From positions 103,998 to 167,997 of the forward strand of contig JAUZRK010000001.1 of assembly GCA_030950485.1 (NCBI GenBank): a stretch of 64,000 nucleotides of DNA, in the 5' to 3' direction. Source of the stretch: Candidatus Dojkabacteria bacterium (GTDB taxonomy: Bacteria > Patescibacteriota > Dojkabacteria > J137). The notes under the pieces were generated by a model. It did no database searches and was not told where the DNA came from. It worked only from the letters and a program-made list of their open reading frames with translations. A program made the translations under genes and the position numbers. Below are positions 53,720-61,812 of this stretch, piece after piece; the stretch's first letter is position 1, and each line of letters starts with the position of its first letter.

Positions 53720-54673
53720 ATGATCCATCCAGAATACGAATACCTAAAACTTTTAGCGAAGCTTTTAAAAAATGGTAAGGGAAAAAAGACTAGAGGGATA
53801 CATGGAGGGAAATCTCTTTTCGGATATCAAATGCGATTTGATTTTCGACATGGATTTCCAGTTTTAACTACGAAGAAAATGCCTTGGAAGATTATGACGA
53901 GGGAGTTACTTTGGTTCATTTCTGGTTCTTCAAATATTAGGAAGCTACAAGAAAAGGGGATTAAGTATTGGGATGATTTTGCAGATACTGAGGGAAATCT
54001 CGGTCCGGTTTATGGTGTTCAGTGGAGAAAGTGGCCTGCTTTCACGCCTTTAACTCAACCTAAACCTGACTTTTATGCGCACGAGATGAGTGAAACAGAT
54101 TCGTTTAAATCTGATTTTCCTAAGCCTAAATATTGGGTTGATGAGAATGGAGATAAACATGAGTTTGATAATAAAGTTGGTTTGTATCAGAGGACTGAAC
54201 TTGATCAGTTAAAGTGGGCAATTAGTGAGATTAAAAATAATCCCGATTCTAAGGCGATTATTGTTCAAGCTTGGAATACTGCTTACTTAGATTCGATGAG
54301 ATTACCTCCTTGTCATACTATGTTTCAATTCGATGTTACTAAGGGTAAGTTAAGATTACATCTTTATCAAAGAAGCTCTGATGTATTTCTAGGGTTACCG
54401 TTTAATATTACGCAGTACGCTCTTTTATTAGCTATGGTCGCGCACGTTACGGGCTTAGAGGCGAGAGAGTTTGTTGTTAGTATCGGTTCGGCTCTACTTT
54501 ATTATAATCATATTGAGCCTGCGAAGGAGCAGCTTAAAAGAAAACCTTATCCATTCCCAAAACTTTGGTTAAATCCGGAGGTTACGGATATTGATAATTT
54601 TAGCATTAAGGATATAAAGAGGAAGGGGTATGAGGCTCATCCAAGGATTAAGGGGGAGTTGGTAGTGTTATAA
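53720..54673 (+). CDS. thyA: Thymidylate synthase with ~50-aa insertion
   Basis: ELLWF, LGPVYGVQWR, LPPCH, YQRSSDVFLGLPFN. Confidence 0.96.
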   Translation: MIHPEYEYLKLLAKLLKNGKGKKTRGIHGGKSLFGYQMRFDFRHGFPVLTTKKMPWKIMTRELLWFISGSSNIRKLQEKGIKYWDDFADTEGNLGPVYGVQWRKWPAFTPLTQPKPDFYAHEMSETDSFKSDFPKPKYWVDENGDKHEFDNKVGLYQRTELDQLKWAISEIKNNPDSKAIIVQAWNTAYLDSMRLPPCHTMFQFDVTKGKLRLHLYQRSSDVFLGLPFNITQYALLLAMVAHVTGLEAREFVVSIGSALLYYNHIEPAKEQLKRKPYPFPKLWLNPEVTDIDNFSIKDIKRKGYEAHPRIKGELVVL

Positions 54674-55043
54674 ATTAAAACGATTAACAACCTAAATTTA
54701 TGAAATACCTTTTGCATCCATAAAATACTGGATTGCATAACTAAAAAGGTGCTACACTTTATATACAACTTAGCTGTTGAACGAATCAAGAGTATTCTTA
54801 CCTCTGCTCTTGTTAATTATCATTTGAATTTTGATCATGTAGTGACTCTGATACTTGATCAGTATTTAAATACTGAATTATTTTATTTATTAATATACTC
54901 TTTATGAAGTATAAAACCAAATCAGAACGAATCCAGCCCTTGGCTCAAAAGCTCTTGCTACTAGCTTATTCAGAGGTTATTCATAAAAATAAAGCTTATA
55001 CAAATACAATTATCCTGAATAAAGCACATCTTACACTCAGTAC

Positions 55044-55175
55044 AGTCTCTAGAAATTTACGATTGAAGGGATGTAAAATACAAACCCGGTGCAGTCTCGA
55101 GTGATTTACGACCGAAGGGATGTAAATTGTATCGAGAGGCGGACACCCCCTCCGCTTCGCTCCAGGCACTCGACA
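55044..55175. repeat. TCGAGTG...GTATCGAGA hairpin element with partial upstream duplicate; sibling at 58997-59045
   Basis: gtctcgagtgatttac..gtaaattgtatcgaga; agtctc..atttacga..gaagggatgtaaa occurs twice. Confidence 0.6.
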
Positions 55176-56615
55176 CTACACTTTTATAATAAGCTTATTA
55201 TAAATATCAATATGCCCCTGGAGCATTTTTCTTAGAGTAAATTTATTCTCAAAGCTATCTCTACAAACGCTCCTATCAACTTGATTAATTTTCTCCATCA
55301 CTTCAACTAACTCATCGACAACCCTAGACTCACCATAATAGAAATCTCTCACCTTCTTCATCTTACTCTCATAATAACTCTTTCTCTTTTCCCGGTCAGA
55401 ATCATTAATAACAAAACCATTTTTCCCATTTTCTATCAGCTCTTTTGTAGCCCCATTATCTAAACCTATAACCGGAGTCCCACATGATAAGGCCTCTATA
55501 GTAACCATTCCAAACGGCTCCTTAAATATAGAAGGTACTAACAACGCCTTAGCATTCCCTAAAAATTTCTGCTTAGCTTTGTCGCCTGAAACGTATCCAA
55601 CGTATTCAACTGTATCATTTAGTTCAGGCGCAATTACAGAATTCCAATATGAATCATTCGACTCATCTGAATAATGCTTTCCTGCAATCTTTAGAGTTAC
55701 GGGTTTCGAGTTTCGGGTTGCGAGTTCCTCATTATATTTTTTTACTGCAGCTATTGCGTAGTGGACCCCTTTTGGTTCAATTATTCTCCCGAGATAAGCA
55801 AAATATTCTGTATCATTTTGGCCAGCAGGAGCAGGACTTGGCTCACCAGCTGGAGATGGGTTGTACCCTGGTCCTAAATATTTTGGCTTAAACCTTTTTT
55901 CATCAATTCCATGATAAACATTCCCAACCCAATTCGTATCATCCGGCATATCTTCTCTTTGAGATAGAGACATTGAGATAAAATTTCTATCTTTATATTT
56001 CGGTAAAATAGTTCGATATTTCGTTAGAAAAGAGTAGGGATCATGATGCGTAAATACAACTGGCTTATTACAAAGCCCGCTCATCTCAAGTGCGATCTGT
56101 TCTTCCAACATGTAAACATGAACAATATCAAACATATCATCATTAGCCATTTCGTAGGCTTTGGCTATTATTTCAGATTGAAAATGTCTAGAGAGAGTAG
56201 TGAACAGTAAGGGATGTTTTTTAAGGAGTTCTTTTAGACCGTAACCCCTAGTTTCCAGTTCTTCTTTCAGTAGGGTTTGGTCTGCGGTGATGTTTTTTAC
56301 GGTAGGGGCAAAATATCTTTTACCTTTACTCTTTTTTGTTGGATCAAAAAATCTTTTGCCCTTACTGTTATCTCGACCAACAACCCCAGGCGAAAACAAC
56401 GTAACCTCAGCTCCTGCCTCGGCAAGACCATTTGCAAGATCAATAGCAAGATCTCCCGGAGAAAATATATTATCAGACATCAATTCATCCGACATAAAAA
56501 TATGCGGACAAACGAATGCAATTCGTATTGGAAAATTAGGGGCTGTCATCTGCTCTCGTAGGGGCAAAATATTTTTTGCCCCTACGGATTCGATTACATT
56601 ATTTTTCTTCCTCAT
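55176..56615 (-). CDS. GT4-family glycosyltransferase with several repeat-derived insertions (start may be 56549)
   Basis: VYHGID, YLGRIIEPKG, EPFGMVTIEALSCGTPVI. Confidence 0.92.
   Translation of the reverse strand: MRKKNNVIESVGAKNILPLREQMTAPNFPIRIAFVCPHIFMSDELMSDNIFSPGDLAIDLANGLAEAGAEVTLFSPGVVGRDNSKGKRFFDPTKKSKGKRYFAPTVKNITADQTLLKEELETRGYGLKELLKKHPLLFTTLSRHFQSEIIAKAYEMANDDMFDIVHVYMLEEQIALEMSGLCNKPVVFTHHDPYSFLTKYRTILPKYKDRNFISMSLSQREDMPDDTNWVGNVYHGIDEKRFKPKYLGPGYNPSPAGEPSPAPAGQNDTEYFAYLGRIIEPKGVHYAIAAVKKYNEELATRNSKPVTLKIAGKHYSDESNDSYWNSVIAPELNDTVEYVGYVSGDKAKQKFLGNAKALLVPSIFKEPFGMVTIEALSCGTPVIGLDNGATKELIENGKNGFVINDSDREKRKSYYESKMKKVRDFYYGESRVVDELVEVMEKINQVDRSVCRDSFENKFTLRKMLQGHIDIYNKLIIKV
56302..56365. 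repeat. Two tandem decayed REP palindromes in frame (SKGKRFFDPT, SKGKRYFAPT)
   Basis: GTAGGGGCAAAATATCTTTTACCTTTAC and GTTGGATCAAAAAATCTTTTGCCCTTAC. Confidence 0.8.
56557..56586. repeat. REP-like palindrome at the 5' end of the glycosyltransferase
   Basis: CGTAGGGGCAAAA-TATT-TTTTGCCCCTACG. Confidence 0.9.
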
Positions 56616-56685
56616 CTAGAAAATCTAGATCTAGTTCATCAGAAAGACCTTCTTCGTTGTAATCGTATGTATCTGTATCAGCCAT
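56599..56685 (-). CDS. Putative 28-aa acidic peptide
   Basis: MADTDTYDYNEEGLSDELDLDFLDEEEK*, co-oriented between VOC and GT genes. Confidence 0.4.
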   Translation of the reverse strand: MADTDTYDYNEEGLSDELDLDFLDEEEK

Positions 56686-56707
56686 ATTTTTGTTTTAATA
56701 TAAAATA

Positions 56708-57109
56708 TTATAACTTACCCATAAATTGCCAGCAATTTCCTTCAGGATCTTTCCAAGCACAAACATAGACTTGGTTCTCGACAGTAGCAAATGGAGTAAG
56801 TATAGGTTCTTGAATAATTTTACATCCAGTATCTCTAACTTTCTCATACCACTTTTGAACTTCATCTGTATTTAAATTTATCATTCGTCTAAGCGGGTCT
56901 TTAGTCACGCCTTTTATAGAATCATGATGGCCTATCCAAAGAATATTCGTGTCGCTCAGTTTTAAATCATGGCCATAATCTTTTTCTAAACCATCTTTCG
57001 CTGGGATGTCAGTTTTAACTAAATATTCTAGTTCTAAAACATCAGTGTAAGATTTAGCAAGTTCGTCTGGATTCTCGCTCCAGAAAAGAATGTATTTTGA
57101 TTGAAACAT
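56708..57109 (-). CDS. VOC/glyoxalase family protein
   Basis: SENPDELAKSY..VL, WIGHH, KDPEGNCWQF. Confidence 0.85.
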   Translation of the reverse strand: MFQSKYILFWSENPDELAKSYTDVLELEYLVKTDIPAKDGLEKDYGHDLKLSDTNILWIGHHDSIKGVTKDPLRRMINLNTDEVQKWYEKVRDTGCKIIQEPILTPFATVENQVYVCAWKDPEGNCWQFMGKL

Positions 57110-57129
57110 AATTTATTAGCGTAATTAAT

Positions 57130-58572
57130 TTAATCTAACACAATCTCCTCATCAATCTCCGCATTAGGATCTCGATCAACTCGATCAAAGTTATTAAATA
57201 AAACTCCCAGAGACTCTGCTTTATCTTTATTCTCTCTAAGATAATCAAATAGACTTCCCATTTTATTTACCCCGTTTCCTGTTTCTCGACCCAACTCGAT
57301 ACCCGCAACCCGTAACTCACCTCCCGCTACTCCTAACTTAATATTCGCAGCTACTCCAATCATCGCAGCATTATCTCCAGTCAGCTTAGAAGAGTAGGGA
57401 TACTTTAATTTAACATCATTCTTCTTACATAAACTTCTAAATTCTGATCTTAATCTCTTACTTGCAATAACCCCTCCACCAAGCCAAAGTTCACTTGGAT
57501 TATGCTTCTTTATAGCTCTTTCTAATTTAACTTTTAATTGAGTAATTGCCGAAGCTTCAATCATTACGCATAGATCATTTATTTGATCTCCCGATAAGTT
57601 CTTAGTTTCTTTATTAAGTTGATCTTCAATAGTTATCTCATCTTTTACCAATGAATTAGTTAATTCTTTAAAAGCAGTTTTTAAACCTGAAAAACTAAAG
57701 TTAAAATCTCCAGATCTATACATAGGAATTGGAAGAGAGTAGCTAGTGCCACTTTCTTTATTAGTACCTATAACATTTGTGCTTTTATTATTCTTTTTTA
57801 TTTCAATTTTAAATTTCTTTCTTTGATCATCTGCAAACCTACTAACTGTAGGACCTGCAGGATATCCTAATCCAAGCATACGCCCAGCCTTATCGTAATA
57901 TTCTCCACATGAATCATCTAAAGTAACCCCAATTTTTTCGTAATCTCCAATCCCATTTACTTTAATCATTTCCGTATGCCCCCCAGATATAAGAAAGCCC
58001 AGTACTGCTTTTCCTTCCCTTGAGGGAAGGTCCCTGAAAGGGGGATGGGTGATTTGACCATGTTCTTTATCGTGCTTAATTTTTACCTTAGAATTTCTCT
58101 CAACAAAACCAGACAACAAATGCCCTTCCATATGATTAATAATCATCAAAGGCTTATCAAATTTTTCAGCTAAAGCAATGGCCTTTCTAACTCCAACCTC
58201 TAACGCAATAGCTAATCCAGGACCATAAGTAACAGCAACTAAATCGACTTCACTCATATACTTTCTTAAATCACTTTCTTGTGTTTCCCCCTCTCCTGGG
58301 AGAGGGCTGGGCCTGTCCGAAGCTGCTGCATCGTTGCTGGCGGAGTGAGGGATAGCTCTTTTTAAAGCTTCCACCACTACATTATCAATCCTCTCTGTAT
58401 GAGCTAACTTAGCAAGGCTTGGCACAACACCTCCATATTTTTCGTGGTATTTTTGTTGAGAAGGCATTACGCTAGATAGAACAGTAGTACCTCTAACAAT
58501 TGAACAAGATGTTTCATCACAAGATGTATCAATCGCCAAAGTTGTAATTTCGTTTATAGATTTAGAATTCAT
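57130..58572 (-). CDS. tsaD: tRNA t6A threonylcarbamoyltransferase TsaD with three repeat-derived insertions
   Basis: AIDTSCDET, YGGVVP, GPGL, NHMEGH, SGGHT, FSFSGLKT, DNAAMI; ATG 58572 chosen from upstream TGGTATAAT. Confidence 0.95.
   Translation of the reverse strand: MNSKSINEITTLAIDTSCDETSCSIVRGTTVLSSVMPSQQKYHEKYGGVVPSLAKLAHTERIDNVVVEALKRAIPHSASNDAAASDRPSPLPGEGETQESDLRKYMSEVDLVAVTYGPGLAIALEVGVRKAIALAEKFDKPLMIINHMEGHLLSGFVERNSKVKIKHDKEHGQITHPPFRDLPSREGKAVLGFLISGGHTEMIKVNGIGDYEKIGVTLDDSCGEYYDKAGRMLGLGYPAGPTVSRFADDQRKKFKIEIKKNNKSTNVIGTNKESGTSYSLPIPMYRSGDFNFSFSGLKTAFKELTNSLVKDEITIEDQLNKETKNLSGDQINDLCVMIEASAITQLKVKLERAIKKHNPSELWLGGGVIASKRLRSEFRSLCKKNDVKLKYPYSSKLTGDNAAMIGVAANIKLGVAGGELRVAGIELGRETGNGVNKMGSLFDYLRENKDKAESLGVLFNNFDRVDRDPNAEIDEEIVLD
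58011..58050. repeat. DUF559-flank-type GC hairpin in frame in tsaD (HPPFRDLPSREG)
   Basis: CCTTCCCT-TG-AGGGAAGG-TCCCTGAAAGGGGGATGGGT. Confidence 0.75.
58286..58351. repeat. DUF559-flank-type hairpin with inner insert, in frame in tsaD (PHSASNDAAASDRPSPLPGEG)
   Basis: CCCTCTCC-TG-GGAGAGGG-CTGGG...GAGTGAGGG; compare 60201-60230. Confidence 0.8.
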
Positions 58573-58594
58573 TAGGTAATTATACCAAATGAAA

Positions 58595-58929
58595 TTAGAT
58601 CGAACCTGCAACTTTTTTATACAAGTTCCAGTATTTATAAGCAGTGTTTTGATTTACTCTAACTATTAGTGAGTCATGTGCAATTGGCTCGAAGTCTGAC
58701 TTTTCTGGCTCACCTGTTATACCATTTACTTTTCGATATGTATCAAGTATCTCAAGAATAGAAGTTTCATTTGGCTGAATCGTTATACCTATTAAGTCTA
58801 TCTGTGAGTCCTTTCAAGCTTCTCTCAGAAGGATATTCGTGTCGACCTGAAGGCAATGCACGTGCATAATCCTCTAAACATGTAACCTCATCAATCGTAT
58901 CCTCTCTTTCAAAAATTTTTTTCAGACAT
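58595..58929 (-). pseudogene. Small hypothetical gene remnant with two frameshifts
   Basis: ATG 58929, open segments EREDTIDE.. and NETSILEIL..GSI* in shifted frames. Confidence 0.4.
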
Positions 58930-59107
58930 ATTACTAATTCTTAAACGCTGAATTATAGCATCAAACTACTATCCCATTGCAAATTCAAACATTAGCGCAG
59001 TATCAAGTGCTTTTCGAGAGAAACGAGAAAAATGTATCGAGATACGGGAACAGAGTTATTCTCTATCCCTACTTCTCATTTCAAGCCTTGTCCAGCACTT
59101 GCCCCTC

Positions 59108-59140
59108 AACCCTAGTCTCTAGTCTCTAGTCTCTAATCAC
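59108..59140. repeat. Heptamer run (CTAGTCT)n
   Basis: ctagtct ctagtct ctagtct ctaatca. Confidence 0.8.
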
Positions 59141-59182
59141 CAATATTATGATAAAATACACGATCAATATTAAAAAGATCAC

Positions 59183-59644
59183 ATGTCTAAATGCCTAGTC
59201 CTATATGGGACACTAACAATGAATACAGAAATAGTTGCGGAGAAGCTACACGAAGCTGTTGGTGAATTAGGTGTATTTGATGAATTAGAATTGATGAATA
59301 TGATTGAAATAACTGATACCTCTATTCTTGAAAGCTATGATTTTATTATAGTAGGTACTTCTACTTGGGGAGAAGGAGATTATAATCCGGATACAGATGA
59401 ATTTATTTATTTGCTTGAAGAGCAAAATCCCAATTTAGAAGGTAAGCCTTATTCAATTTTTGGACTTGGCGAAATTTCTTATGATGATTATTGCGGTGCT
59501 GCTAAAAATTTAGACAGAATGTTTTCAGATGATTTCAAAATGGTAAAAAAAGGTGAGTTATTTACTATTGATGGATATCCTGAATACGAGATATTAGAAC
59601 TGGTAAGAACCTGGATTAATACTATCTTAGAATCAAATATATAG
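59183..59644 (+). CDS. Flavodoxin
   Basis: YGTLTMNTE, GTSTWGEG, FGLGE..Y..YCGA. Confidence 0.9.
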   Translation: MSKCLVLYGTLTMNTEIVAEKLHEAVGELGVFDELELMNMIEITDTSILESYDFIIVGTSTWGEGDYNPDTDEFIYLLEEQNPNLEGKPYSIFGLGEISYDDYCGAAKNLDRMFSDDFKMVKKGELFTIDGYPEYEILELVRTWINTILESNI

Positions 59645-59646
59645 AA

Positions 59647-59847
59647 TTATTTAGACCCAAAAATCCTAATTGCTACGTATATTCCAAAAGAAGAAAACAT
59701 TAAGAAGAATGTTGTAAGTAATGCTTTCCCTACTACGTCACCGTCAACTACTCCCCAGATTCCTAGAACTACAATAAATGCACTAATAACTAATACAGAA
59801 ATTATAGTTAAACCCAATGCTTTTCTCATTTTTTGTAATGAAGTCAT
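59647..59847 (-). CDS. Small two-TM membrane protein
   Basis: Two hydrophobic helices, VLGIWGV. Confidence 0.7.
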   Translation of the reverse strand: MTSLQKMRKALGLTIISVLVISAFIVVLGIWGVVDGDVVGKALLTTFFLMFSSFGIYVAIRIFGSK

Positions 59848-59862
59848 ATTTATATTTTTAAA

Positions 59863-60438
59863 CTATAAATTTATTATATCATTTATCAGTTCAGGATAAT
59901 CATATCCATGGTCGAAAGCTTCAGTTTCTATTAATTCAATGTTTTTAAATTCACCAAATTGCTCATTTATAAATTCAAAACTTCCTAATGGATCATTTGA
60001 ATTCTGAATGATAGTTATTTCTAATTTTGTTTTTCCAAGAACCTGCTTATATTTTTCTAACCTCTCATTTTTAGAATCTTCCTCCCAATTCTGAATCGGC
60101 AATCCCATAAAAACAACTTTATCAATCTGTTCTTCATAATCCTCAATCAGATTCAAAGAGAGTAGCGTCCCAATCGACTTAGCAACTATACTGTATTTCT
60201 CCCTCTCTTGGGAGAGGTCCGGGGTGAGGGTTTTCGGCACGATACCAAATTTATCACTCATCTCCTTCTCAATAACCCCCAACTCATAACTCCCTACCCA
60301 AGACTCATAACTCACATCATCCCATTTCCTCCATCTATGTTTAATTACATTATGTCCAGATTCCTCCAAAGCATCAGTAACTGATTTCCATTCTGCTTCG
60401 TTGTATATACCTTGTCCTGGTAGATAGAGTATGTTCAT
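59863..60438 (-). CDS. Alpha/beta hydrolase-like protein with in-frame hairpin insertion
   Basis: LPG, VAKSIG nucleophile elbow, QNSNDP, DHGY. Confidence 0.75.
   Translation of the reverse strand: MNILYLPGQGIYNEAEWKSVTDALEESGHNVIKHRWRKWDDVSYESWVGSYELGVIEKEMSDKFGIVPKTLTPDLSQEREKYSIVAKSIGTLLSLNLIEDYEEQIDKVVFMGLPIQNWEEDSKNERLEKYKQVLGKTKLEITIIQNSNDPLGSFEFINEQFGEFKNIELIETEAFDHGYDYPELINDIINL
60201..60230. repeat. DUF559-flank-type hairpin in frame (TLTPDLSQERE)
   Basis: CCTCTCT-TG-GGAGAGG-TCCGGGGTGAGGG. Confidence 0.8.
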
Positions 60439-60468
60439 ATTATTTTAATTTATTCCAATATTCATTTT

Positions 60469-60966
60469 TTATATATTTCTGATCTTTGTACTTTGAATCA
60501 GAGATTTTTTTGCAATTAGCTTTGCGTCTTCTAAATACCTTTCTGTATAAACTCCTCTTATAACCGAGAGCATCATTAGCTTTTCCAAACTAATAACCAA
60601 AAAATCTTTTTCATCTAAAGCATTATCTTTTAATTCATCGTATCCAAAAAGCATAATACTATCCCAAAGTTCAAATTCATAAATTAAAATTCCATGATCT
60701 CCAAAAAGATCTGAGAATTGCGATTTTTCTTTAAAACCAGATTTATGTGGCTCTTCTAAAATATCTGCCTCATCAATCAATTTTTTAGAAAGTTCTAAAT
60801 GATCCCTTCTTATAAGAATCATGTCTATATCTTTATCCGATTCTCTAAGCTCATGATACATCATTGCAACTCCTGAAACTAAAAGTGGCTTATCCTTAAA
60901 TTTAAAATCTAATTTTGAAAGATTTATAAACTTCAGTGCTTTTTGTTTAAGATTTTTCTCATTCAT
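60469..60966 (-). CDS. Nucleotidyltransferase-like protein (possible 3' frameshift)
   Basis: LLVSGVAMMYHELRESDKDID. Confidence 0.6.
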   Translation of the reverse strand: MNEKNLKQKALKFINLSKLDFKFKDKPLLVSGVAMMYHELRESDKDIDMILIRRDHLELSKKLIDEADILEEPHKSGFKEKSQFSDLFGDHGILIYEFELWDSIMLFGYDELKDNALDEKDFLVISLEKLMMLSVIRGVYTERYLEDAKLIAKKSLIQSTKIRNI

Positions 60967-61804
60967 TTTGCTTCATTATACTTCTAACAGCCTTCTCTTG
61001 CATTACCGCGTGACTAGCTCCAAATATTATAAATACCTTATCGTATTCCTGAAGCTTAGCTTGTATATATTCTAAAATATACGTATCCCTGAAAGAACTC
61101 AATTTATTCCCTATCTCATTAACAATGGTCCATTTCTGTCCTCTCGGAATAGGATCTAAAATATCTCTATAATCATTTGTATCATTATAAATACCAGTTC
61201 CTAAATATTTTTTGTGTAAATCTATAAAATTTCTCAAATCATACTTAGCTCACTCATTTCCTAAACAAAATCTCTCTATAGCTGCTTCCAATCGTACTAG
61301 TCTTTCGTCAGAACTTTTATATTTCCAAGTAGGTAAATAATGAATGCAAAAAAAGAAGAATATTTCGTCATTACTAAATCCATTTTCAAATAAATACTTG
61401 ATCTCATCTTGATGATTTATATCAGCAGAGTATGTATCAGCCTTGTTCTCATTTGCTTTTATTAAACTAAATATTGGCTCGCCAAATTCTTCAATAATTG
61501 CAGAAATATTGTTTCTATTTCTATAGATTTTATTCTTTAACTCTTCAGCTAATAGCTCATTAACAAAAGTATGCCCCTCGATAAGTAAGACTTCTGGATT
61601 AAACTCTTTTATAGCACTTTCAATTATATTAAAAATTTCATCTTCAGGATCCCTTGAATGGTAAGTTCCAAAGTAATAAAGCTCTTTATTATTATTTTTA
61701 ATTTCGTAAATATATGGGGTTTTATGAGCTAGAGAAGAGTATTCTTCTGGCGTCATTAACAATTCTTTTAGTTGATTTGAAGATAACATATTAAATTCTA
61801 CCAC
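60959..61804 (-). pseudogene. TraB/haem-uptake-like hypothetical protein with in-frame TGA at 61250
   Basis: FGTYHSRD, LIEG, RDTYI, IFGASH; both ORFs in one frame (NE*AKYDLRNF). Confidence 0.7.
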
Positions 61805-61812
61805 TGAACCTT

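Noticed and set aside
53720-54673. Phage-type dCMP hydroxymethylase
   Set aside because: Retains the dUMP-specifying Asn in GLPFN and sits with folA; fits a canonical ThyA.
54699-55104. Gene between thyA and the glycosyltransferase
   Set aside because: Many stops; the 66-aa ORF runs into a repeat element; at most a heavily decayed remnant.
5121-56619. Short antisense or overlapping ORFs in the track (e.g. 5121, 7907, 10744, 11608, 16065, 16595, 17092, 30182, 34031, 36568, 44303, 48469, 50172, 55649, 56277, 56287)
   Set aside because: Shadows of well-supported genes on the other strand or frame, with no motifs.
7701-61804. Stop-codon reassignment (code 4, 15 or 25) as the cause of split genes
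   Set aside because: Internal stops are a mix of TAA, TAG and TGA; all three also end intact genes; long core genes contain none.
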